This document shows positions 47,313 through 56,200 of a stretch of 64,000 nt of DNA, piece by piece. The DNA is from Gammaproteobacteria bacterium (lineage in GTDB: Bacteria; Pseudomonadota; Gammaproteobacteria; QZLD01): NCBI GenBank assembly GCA_033852135.1, contig JAWSVB010000010.1, positions 152,716-216,715 of the forward strand, in the 5' to 3' direction. The position numbers and the translations under genes were made by a program. Position 1 is the stretch's first letter, and every line of letters begins with the position of its first letter. The notes under the pieces were generated by a model, which was given only the letters and a program-made list of their open reading frames with translations, searched no databases and was not told the DNA's origin.

Positions 47313-49187
47313 ATGATTAAAGCATCAATCAAACAGCAAATAGGTTTAGTGGCCGTCATAACTGTAGTTGGAATTTTACTTCTACTGGGGTTGCAGCGCA
47401 CAAGTCGTGAAAAAATTGGGGCAATGGAAGAATTGCGTTCACAATTGCTTACGGTTGAGGCTGATATGCTAGTTTTGCGTAAGAATGAAAAAGATTTTCT
47501 TATCACTAAAGATGTAGAACATGTTGATAAGTTTATTGAAAACCATAAATTAATGCTTAAACAGTCAAATGAACTTGTAGAAGGGCTAGAAAGCCATGAT
47601 CTGGATCATGAAACAGCAGATAAAGTAATAAGTATCTTAAACGAATATAAAAAAGAGTTTTTAGCAGTTGTTGGTATCCAAAAGAAGATCGGTTTAGATC
47701 CAAAAAGTGGTTTGTACGGAAGCCTTCGTGAAGCAGTTCATCAAGCAGAAGAGAAAATATTTCAACAGTTTAATGATAAGCTAGCTAAAGATATGTTGAT
47801 GCTAAGGCGTAGAGAAAAAAATTACATGTTGCGCTTTGATAGTAAATATATTGATAAGTTTGATAATGATTTGATTGTATTTAATCAGGGCTTAAAAAAT
47901 GAATATATGCCGGAAGGCACAAGGCAGCAAATAACTGACCTTATGCAACAATACGATCAATTTTTTAAGAGATTTACTCAAGCCAATATTGAGTTAGGGC
48001 TTTCAACAAATACAGGTGCATATGCAAAGTTAGTATCTGTGGTTAATGAGGGTGAAAAGCAATTAGAAAAATTGCATAAAAGCACAGAAAAAGATATTGA
48101 ATCAGAAGAGGAGGCATCAACTAATACATTGATAGCTCTAGCTTTGATTCTAGTCGTATTGGTTATTGTGGCTGTTATGTTTGTAATGAAATCGATAACT
48201 AAGCCAATTGGAGTTTTCGCTGACTTAATGTCTAAATCAGCAAAAGATTTAGATATAACAGTGCATGCAGATGAAGATGCACCACGTGAAATAGCAATAA
48301 TGGCTAAATCATTCAACAGTATGATGGGTGAATTTAATAGTGCAATTGCTCAAATTAGTAGTATAACTTCAGATTTAAACAATGCTTCAGGCACACTTGA
48401 TGGAGTGTCGGCTACTGTTAATAATGTAGTCTCAGAGCAGTTGAATGAATCTGAAAAAGTTTCAATTGCAATGAATGAGATGACAGCAACTGTAGCTGAC
48501 GTAGCGCTAAACGCAAATACAGCGGCTTCAGCAGCTGAATCTGCTGATACTCAGGCACACCAGGGTAATGATGTTGTATCTGAGAATCAGTCAGAGATAT
48601 CTATCCTGGCACAAAATGTAAACGAAGCTTCGATTGTAATTGGTGAGTTAAGTAAAGAGAGTGAGAACATTGGAACAGTTCTGAGTGTAATTCGAGAAAT
48701 TGCTGAGCAGACTAATCTTCTCGCTCTTAATGCAGCGATTGAAGCTGCACGTGCTGGTGAACAAGGGCGTGGATTTGCCGTTGTTGCTGATGAAGTACGT
48801 ACTCTTGCGCAACGTTCGCAAGAATCTACTGAAGAGATTAAAACAATTGTAGAGCGTTTGCAGCAAACTGCTGAGCAAGCTGTTGAAGCAATGGAAACAG
48901 GTAAAGAGCAAGCGCAAAAAAGTGTAGAAAGATCTCATGTTGCATCTGATATTTTAAAAGTGATACAAGAAGCGATATCCTCAATTAAGGATATGAACTT
49001 CCAGATAGCAACAGCATCTGAAGAGCAATCAGCAGTATCTGAAGAGATAAACCGTAATATTGTTAATATCACTGATATAACCAAGCAAACTAGTGAAAGT
49101 GCAAATCAAGCGGTTCATGCTGGAAAATCACTTTCTGAAACGGCTAATCGCATTACAGATATTGTGCAAAAGTTTAAAACTTCATAG
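47313..49187 (+). CDS. methyl-accepting chemotaxis protein (4HB_MCP-type periplasmic domain, HAMP, MA domain)
   Basis: 624 aa with two TM helices. The highly conserved MCP signalling hairpin [41 protein letters not shown] is present. Confidence 0.9.
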   Translation: MIKASIKQQIGLVAVITVVGILLLLGLQRTSREKIGAMEELRSQLLTVEADMLVLRKNEKDFLITKDVEHVDKFIENHKLMLKQSNELVEGLESHDLDHETADKVISILNEYKKEFLAVVGIQKKIGLDPKSGLYGSLREAVHQAEEKIFQQFNDKLAKDMLMLRRREKNYMLRFDSKYIDKFDNDLIVFNQGLKNEYMPEGTRQQITDLMQQYDQFFKRFTQANIELGLSTNTGAYAKLVSVVNEGEKQLEKLHKSTEKDIESEEEASTNTLIALALILVVLVIVAVMFVMKSITKPIGVFADLMSKSAKDLDITVHADEDAPREIAIMAKSFNSMMGEFNSAIAQISSITSDLNNASGTLDGVSATVNNVVSEQLNESEKVSIAMNEMTATVADVALNANTAASAAESADTQAHQGNDVVSENQSEISILAQNVNEASIVIGELSKESENIGTVLSVIREIAEQTNLLALNAAIEAARAGEQGRGFAVVADEVRTLAQRSQESTEEIKTIVERLQQTAEQAVEAMETGKEQAQKSVERSHVASDILKVIQEAISSIKDMNFQIATASEEQSAVSEEINRNIVNITDITKQTSESANQAVHAGKSLSETANRITDIVQKFKTS

Positions 49188-49203
49188 TATTGAATACAGT
49201 GTT

Positions 49204-49228
49204 CTGGGGCTGAAAAATCAGCCCCGTT
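49204..49228. terminator. bidirectional terminator (MCP / zinc-ribbon gene convergent)
   Basis: The hairpin ggggctg-aaaaat-cagcccc. Confidence 0.7.
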
Positions 49229-49235
49229 CAACACT

Positions 49236-49781
49236 CTACTTGCTTGCAAGATAAACTAAAATATCCTCTTTGAATTTTGAGGTGTCCAACACTTTTTTAA
49301 ACTCATCTACAATAGTGGTGGTTTCATCGCCAATTGTACCCTTTAAAATCTCTCGCCGTTTATTAGCGCTAGACTCTTTGTTTATCTTTTTTTGCCAACT
49401 TTGTGTAAATACCTTTGGCAAAGAGAAAGATAGGTTTAGTTGTTTTAAAAGTTCCCATTCACCACCATCAAGCCACGCCTCATCGCATGAGTGGCAAACA
49501 TCAAGATGGTTTTTAACCTTGCTGTCCATTTTATATTTTGTCATCAATTTACCGCATTTAGGGCAAGAAATAGCTGTCTTAGTATCACCAGTAGCAGATA
49601 AAGAAATATCATCTGAAAAAACAGGCTCGGCACAGCTTTTTTCTGCCCAATCACGGTAGAAGAAAAGAGGTATTAACTTACCATCACATTTATGACAATT
49701 CGCAGCCAAAAGGCCATCTTCAACTTTAGAAACTCTAAGATCAGCTTTATCACATTTAGGACATTTCATTAAACTACTCAC
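49236..49781 (-). CDS. tandem zf-TFIIB-type zinc-ribbon protein
   Basis: Two CPKC...C..C(D)xxWLDGGE-type modules (CPKCDKADL...CHKCDG and CPKCGKLMTKY...CHSCDEAWLDGGE). Confidence 0.65.
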   Translation of the reverse strand: MSSLMKCPKCDKADLRVSKVEDGLLAANCHKCDGKLIPLFFYRDWAEKSCAEPVFSDDISLSATGDTKTAISCPKCGKLMTKYKMDSKVKNHLDVCHSCDEAWLDGGEWELLKQLNLSFSLPKVFTQSWQKKINKESSANKRREILKGTIGDETTTIVDEFKKVLDTSKFKEDILVYLASK

Positions 49782-49975
49782 AATTTTATTAAGTTAATTA
49801 TTGGGTGATAGTAGCAGAAGTAACCGTGGATATTAATGTTTCAAATTATATATATTGTTGATATGATGAATTTAATAAAGAGTTATATATTCGATGTTTT
49901 TATGGAGATAAATGCATCGTTAATTGGGGTAGAAATTGATGGGGAATCATTTCTTATTTTAATCTTTAAAACCTA

Positions 49976-50698
49976 ATGTTAATGGAAGATTACATGAAAG
50001 AGTTTTTAGATATTGTTATTCAATTTCCAACCGTCATGTTCACAGTTCTACTTGGTGTTATCGTCCTGTATTGGATGTTAGCCGTATTTGGTGTGTTTGA
50101 TCTGGATGTATTGGATTTTGACTTTGATTTGGATCTCGATGCCGACGTAGACTTAGATCTGGATGCTGATGTAGGTGATGCTGGTGATACGCATACAAGT
50201 CACACTGGCATAGGTGGCTTTATGGCTGCTTTGGGATTAGTCGGGGTTCCAGTTACCGTAATTGTTAGCTTGATAGTGATGTGGTGTTGGTTACTTACGC
50301 TGCTGTATGGAGCATATTTACAACCAATGTTACCTGATTGGGGTTTGACCTGGGCTATATCTGCGGTAGTTGTATTTGTAAGTTTTATTATAAGCCTGTT
50401 CCTTACACAGTTTTCTATTAAACCTCTGCAGCCTCTTTTTGAGCATGAAGGAAAAGCTTTGGGCAATAAGGATATTGTTGGGCAACTATGCGAAGTTATT
50501 ACCGGAAGGGTAGATGATAAATTTGGCCAGGCTCGATACAACAAAGATGGCGCGGGTTTAATAATTGAAGTTAGAAATATGAGTGGAGCTGTTCTTAAAA
50601 AAGGGAATACTGCTCTTATAGTTGGTTATAGTGCGGAGAAGATGACCTACAGGGTAGAGCCGTATGAAAACAATTCGTATGAAATTGAAGTTAAGTAA
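49976..50698 (+). CDS. NfeD-family membrane protein with acidic DL-repeat insert
   Basis: TM helices plus a C-terminal OB-fold beta domain typical of NfeD partners of SPFH proteins. It has the insert DLDVLDFDFDLDLDADVDLDLDADVGDAGD. It lies immediately upstream of the flotillin gene. Confidence 0.7.
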   Translation: MLMEDYMKEFLDIVIQFPTVMFTVLLGVIVLYWMLAVFGVFDLDVLDFDFDLDLDADVDLDLDADVGDAGDTHTSHTGIGGFMAALGLVGVPVTVIVSLIVMWCWLLTLLYGAYLQPMLPDWGLTWAISAVVVFVSFIISLFLTQFSIKPLQPLFEHEGKALGNKDIVGQLCEVITGRVDDKFGQARYNKDGAGLIIEVRNMSGAVLKKGNTALIVGYSAEKMTYRVEPYENNSYEIEVK

Positions 50699-50730
50699 AG
50701 GTTGGTTGTTTCAATAACTAATAAGCGGTC

Positions 50731-50764
50731 ATACCGGCGAAGGCCGGTATCCAGTGTTTTATTT
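50731..50764 (+). terminator. hairpin between nfeD and flotillin gene (possible attenuator/partial terminator)
   Basis: ataccggc-gaag-gccggtat, then gttttatttc. Confidence 0.4.
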
Positions 50765-50830
50765 CTGGCTGCTGGATCGTCAGTATTTTTTATATAAATT
50801 TATGATTAAGTAAAAAAATAAGGAGTTAAA

Positions 50831-53032
50831 ATGGAAGGTTTGTTATCACCTGCAACTATCGGTATAGCTGTAATTGTTGCAATTGTATTTTTGATCCTGA
50901 TGGGGATATTGATAATGTTTGCCAAGTTCTTCTGTAAGGTTGAGCAGGGTAAAGCGATGATCGTAAATACCATGAAGGCAAGACCAATTGTCACCTTCAC
51001 CGGAAGACTGGTTCTACCTGTAGTTCATAAAGTTGAGGTGATGGATATCTCTCTAAAGAGAATCGTTATTGACCGTTCCGGTTCCGATGGTCTTATCTGT
51101 CGTGACAATATCCGTGCCGATATCTCAGTTAACTTTTTCGTCCGTGTTAACCCAACAGAGGAAGATGTACTGCGTGTAGCAAGTAATATCGGTTGTGAAA
51201 GAGCATCGGACCAAAAAGTACTCGATAATCTTTGGTCAGCTAAATTTGCAGAGGCTCTAAAAACAGTTGGTAAGCAGATGGATTTTGAGGATCTGTATCA
51301 AGAGCGTGAAAATTTCCGTGATGCAATTAAATCAGTTATTGGTGATGACCTAAATGGCTACAGACTAGAAGATGTTGCGATCGATTACTTAGAACAAACT
51401 CCAGTTGATAACCTTGATAGCCGCAATATTCTTGATGCGCAAGGTATCCGTAAAATTACCGAGCTAACTGCTGTTCAACATGTTGCTGCCAACTTGGCGC
51501 AAAATGATGAGAAGAAGCTGATAACAAAGCAAAACGTTGAAGCTCAAGAAGCTATTCTAGCTCTAGAGAGACAAAAAGCAGATGCAGAAGCAAAACAAAA
51601 ACGTGAGATAGAAACTACAGTTGCACGGGAAGAAGCATCAACAGCGCAGGTGTGTGAAGAGGAGCGCTTAAAATCTGTTCAGGCTAGGATTAAATCCGAC
51701 CAACAGATAGCCGTGGAAGAGGAAAATAAAACTCGTGAAGTTGAGGTTGCTGAGCAAGAGAGACTAAGAGTTCTTGCCATTAAGGAAGAAGAGGTTACTA
51801 GAGCTCGTGAGCTGGAAGTTGTAGCGCGTGAGAAAGAGGTTGCGATTCAGCAGATCGATAAAGAGAAAGCGGTTGAGCAGCAAAAAAGAGAGATTGCTGA
51901 TGTTATTCGTGAGCGTGTATCGGTTGAGCGTACAGTAGCAACAGAAGAAGAGAAGATAAAAGAGGTCAGAGAGGTAAGTGCTGCAGAAAGAAGTAAGCAG
52001 GTTCAGGTGATGCAGGCACAAGCTATCGCTGAAGAGCAAATGGTTAAAGAGGTCAAAGCAGCAGAAGCAGCAGAAAAAGCAGCTAAATTTGAAGCGCAAA
52101 AAGAGATCGCACTGGCTGAGGCAGAGCTTGAGTCTAGTTCTAAACTGGCAGAATCGAAGAAGGTTCTGGCAGAAGGTACACAGGCTGAACAAGCTGCTAG
52201 CGGTTTAGCAGATGCCAGGGTGAAAGAAGCTCAAGCTATTGCACTGGAAAAATATGGTAGATCAGAGGCTGATGTTGAATACCAAAAACTTTCTGCTCGT
52301 GCCAAAGGTAACGAAGAAGAGGGTATGGCCAAGGTCAGGGTTCAAGAGTCTGAAGCAAAAGTTATTAAAGAAAAAGGCGCAGCAGAAGCGTTTGCAACTC
52401 AGCAATCACTTGAAGCAGAAGCTAGCGGTATTAAGGCTCAAGGCCTTGCTGCTGTTGACGTTAAGCGTGCAGAAGCAGATGCAGTTGAACTGCAAGGTAA
52501 AGCAGATGCAGTTGCAATCAGAGAGAAATATCAAGCTGAAGCCAAAGGTCTGACTGAGAAATTCCAGGCACTTAATGGACTGGATGAAAACGGTCGCAAG
52601 CATGAAGAGTTCAGAATCGAACTTGAGAAAAACAAAGAGATTCAACTTGAAGGGATTGAAGCACAGAAAGTGCTTGGTGAAGCTCAATCTAAGATTCTGG
52701 CTGATGCCTTCCATGATGCAAATATCAACATCGTTGGTGGAGATGGTGCATTCTTCGATCGCTTTGTTAAGGCAGTATCTTTGGGTAAATCGATTGATGG
52801 CGTGGTAAACCACAGTGAGACAATCCAAAATGTTGCTGGTGATTATGTTAATGGCGATAAGGATCTGCTGGGTGATATTAAAGAGGTTCTAACTAACTCT
52901 AAGATGTCATCAGAGGATATAAAAAATCTGACCATGTCTGGAGCACTGGCTAAGTTTATGAAAGGTGGGGCGGATAAAGATCAGATCAACGCTCTGTTAG
53001 CCAAGGCAAAAGAGATGGGATTGGGTGAATAA
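50831..53032 (+). CDS. flotillin-like SPFH/Band-7 protein (YqiK/FloT-like) with very long EA-rich coiled coil
   Basis: 733 aa. An N-terminal TM helix is followed by an SPFH domain, then about 400 aa of E/A/K/Q-rich coiled coil and a C-terminal globular part. Confidence 0.85.
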   Translation: MEGLLSPATIGIAVIVAIVFLILMGILIMFAKFFCKVEQGKAMIVNTMKARPIVTFTGRLVLPVVHKVEVMDISLKRIVIDRSGSDGLICRDNIRADISVNFFVRVNPTEEDVLRVASNIGCERASDQKVLDNLWSAKFAEALKTVGKQMDFEDLYQERENFRDAIKSVIGDDLNGYRLEDVAIDYLEQTPVDNLDSRNILDAQGIRKITELTAVQHVAANLAQNDEKKLITKQNVEAQEAILALERQKADAEAKQKREIETTVAREEASTAQVCEEERLKSVQARIKSDQQIAVEEENKTREVEVAEQERLRVLAIKEEEVTRARELEVVAREKEVAIQQIDKEKAVEQQKREIADVIRERVSVERTVATEEEKIKEVREVSAAERSKQVQVMQAQAIAEEQMVKEVKAAEAAEKAAKFEAQKEIALAEAELESSSKLAESKKVLAEGTQAEQAASGLADARVKEAQAIALEKYGRSEADVEYQKLSARAKGNEEEGMAKVRVQESEAKVIKEKGAAEAFATQQSLEAEASGIKAQGLAAVDVKRAEADAVELQGKADAVAIREKYQAEAKGLTEKFQALNGLDENGRKHEEFRIELEKNKEIQLEGIEAQKVLGEAQSKILADAFHDANINIVGGDGAFFDRFVKAVSLGKSIDGVVNHSETIQNVAGDYVNGDKDLLGDIKEVLTNSKMSSEDIKNLTMSGALAKFMKGGADKDQINALLAKAKEMGLGE

Positions 53033-53056
53033 ACAACCTGTCTGATTGTAGTATGT

Positions 53057-53162
53057 GTAGGGTGGGCGCTGTTTGTAGTCGAAGCTCCCACCAATTTAAG
53101 TTTTACCAAATTACATGGTGGGCAGTGCCCACCCTACCTATTGTTTAATTTATGTAGGGTGA
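53057..53162. repeat. cluster of REP-like palindromes (GTAGGGTGGGC ... GCCCACCCTAC) after flotillin gene
   Basis: gtagggtgggcgc at 53057 pairs with gcccaccctac at 53128-53138. There is an internal perfect hairpin ggtgggca-g-tgcccacc and a further partial copy gtagggtg at 53153. Confidence 0.6.
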
Positions 53163-53211
53163 ATTGCTGATAATGATTTGGTATTAAGGATATTCAAGCA
53201 GGAGTCCAACT

Positions 53212-56200
53212 GTGAGTTCAGCAGTTTCCAATACAGACCAGCAAGAGCAAACCTTAGAATCAGGTGGTGTCTATAATGTTATTCGTAAGCGGCTTGAGGA
53301 GCATGGTTCCAGTCTTAATGATAGAGTAAGTGCTTTAAATACTCAAAGGGAGGATGCCTTTGGTAGCACAAATATCACTGTACTTGGATCGTCTCGTGTC
53401 AGAACTGAAAATAACTGTATTGCCCGTGATATTGTTTGTGTTGGTGATCTATTCCTATTTGGTTATAACGTTTATATTGGCTTAAAAACCGAGACCAAGG
53501 TAAGTGATGTTTTTAGCCTTTATCGGCAGCGTAATCAAGAGGATGAACTAGAGCTAGATCATGTACCGCTTGAGGGAACATTTCTTGATGATTCAGATTT
53601 TGTAACCGATTTTAAAGAGCTATACCAATACTATAAAGATTCAAAACTGGTTCAGTTAAGGCGAGGCATTAAAGGCAAATTGCTGGCAATATTCCAGACC
53701 GGTAGCGCAATCACAGATCAGAAGGTTTTTCGCTGGCAAGTATCAGCAGATGGTGAAGTTACATATATAGATAATCGTGGTGAGAACGATAATATAGTTC
53801 CTGAATCTCACGACTTTGAGTGGACCTTTACCACCAGAGATGACCACGTCCGTGGCAAACATTCCCATATAAACATCTTGGATGAGGTTTTTGTTGAAAC
53901 CATTGGTGGTGATCTAACTATTAAGGTGGAAGATAATACCGATGATGGCCAGGGTATATATTCAGAACTAGTAGATGATCCAAATCAGTCACTGCAAGAT
54001 GCTCAGATAGCTTACGCAAAACTTGGAACCCTTATACTGCTAAAAATCAGGCCGTATAAGGAGAAGGATTGGCGTTACCTTATCTACAATAGTCGTGCGC
54101 AAAAAGTAAAAAGAATTGACCAACTTGGTTTGTCAGCAATTCAGTTACCAGAGGATCATGGTGTTATCTTCCCTGGTGGATATTACCTGCAAAATGGTGA
54201 GTTTAAGATTTACGACACCAATGTCGATGATATGTATTTTCTGCGCTCTATCATCTCGCCAAATGGTGAAGATGTTATGTATGTCTTCTACCATTATGAG
54301 GAGGGGCGCTTTGTTCTCCTCTCGTATAATTTAATTCGTAAAGAGTTAGAAAAACCTGTTGTCTGTAATGGTTATGGCCTTTTGGAAAACGGTCATATGG
54401 CAGTATTCCGTGAGCAGAGTCAGGATCCTACCAGAATACATAATCTGCAGTTGTGGCAAACTCCATTCGTGACAGAGGAGTTTGTTGATAAAAATGCCCA
54501 GGAAAACGATTCTGTATTTACCAAAATAGGTAACCCAGATCTGGTTCGTGCAATATCCGATATGTTTAGCGTTTGCAGATCTATAGATAACCAAGAGCCA
54601 ACCTTGGCAAGCTATGAAGATCTAATCGGTTCAATCACCAGAATTATTGATGCATATCATTGGTTATCCAATAGTGAGATTGGCAACTTTGTTGAAGAAC
54701 TAAATCAGATAAGCGCAACTGCTGAACAAGTATTAGATGAGTTCGAAAAAGTTGTAGCTATCAAGAAGCAGGCAACAGAAGCTGTAACCAAGGCTAAAAC
54801 TGAACAAGTAAAACTTATTAAAGAGGTAAAACTTGGAGATTGGTCGACCATAGAGGGTTATATCAATGCCCTAGCTAGATTAAGAACCCAGCGTGGCAAT
54901 CTGATAACTATAAAAGATCTACGCTATGTTGATCTTGAGTCGGTAAAAAGTTTAGAAAATGATGTAATTGAAGCCTTTGATCATGTAAGTAGAAACACCG
55001 TTGATTTTCTTCTTAAAGATGATGCATTCACTCCATATATTGATTCTATAGAGCAGCAGAGTGAACAGATAAACGAGATTAAAACCAGAGTTGACCTAAA
55101 GCCGGTAATTGAAAAACTTGAAGAGATTGGGGAAGGTCTCTCATTATTGACCGAGGTTATTAATCAGCTGGAGATTGAAGATACAACCTCCAGAACTCAA
55201 ATCTTGGAAGGGATATCATCGCTATTTGGAAATCTTAATAAGACCAAGGCAGCAGCAGACATACGCTGGAAAGAGATAGGTAAAAAAGAGGATGTGGCGG
55301 AATTTGGCGCCCAGTTCTTGCTGCTATCTCAAAGCGTATCTAGCGCTATCTCCATGTCCGATACACCAGAAAAGGCAGATGAGAACTTATCCCGCTTATT
55401 GCTGCAGCTAGAAGACCTTGAAGGGCGCTTTGGTGAGCATGAACAATTTGTAGCCGATCTCACCGAAAAAAGGGAGGAGATCTACTCAGCCTTTGAGAGT
55501 AAGAAACAATCATTGGTTGAGCAAAAGCAAAGTAGAGTGCAATCACTTGCTAACGCAGCCGATAGAATTATTGCTGGCATAACTCGTCGGGCAAAAACCA
55601 TAAAAAGTATTGATGAGCTTAACGGCTATTTTGCATCCGACCAGATGGCTCTTAAAGTCAGAACTATAGTTGAACAATTGCGTGAGCTGGATGATAACGT
55701 CAAAGCCGATGATATTGAGAGCAAAATAAAAACTGCACTCGATAGATCGATTCGTTCGCTGCGCGATAAGATAGATATCTTTGCTGACGGTGGAGACACC
55801 ATAAAACTTGGTACCCATAGCTTTAGTGTAAATACGCAAGAACTTGATCTAACCCTGCTATCGCGTAATGATAAACTGGCATTGCATCTTACAGGTACAG
55901 ATTACTACCAAGAGATTGAAGATGAGGCATTAAATGCTGCTCAGGATTATTGGTCACAAACCATAGTATCTGAAAATGATGATGTATATCGTGGTGAATA
56001 TCTAGCATCCTCAATCTATTTTGATGCCGAACATGCAACCAATGGCACCACTCTGGCAGACCTACGTAAGTTAATTACGCAAGAGGATGCCCTAGATCAG
56101 TTTGTAAAAGACTACGCCGCCTCAAGATATGATGAAGGTTACGAGCGGGGTGTGCATGATCATGATGCTGCCAGAATCTTAGAGAAATTACTCTCTTTAA

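Noticed and set aside
51764-52828. Antisense and alternative-frame ORFs inside the flotillin gene (51764-52192 minus, 52239-52553 plus, 52406-52828 minus), and similar ones inside smc and the giant gene
   Set aside because: These are shadow ORFs produced by the repetitive EA-rich coiled-coil codons (GAA/GCA repeats). They have low-complexity translations, and the sense frame encodes a clearly conserved protein.
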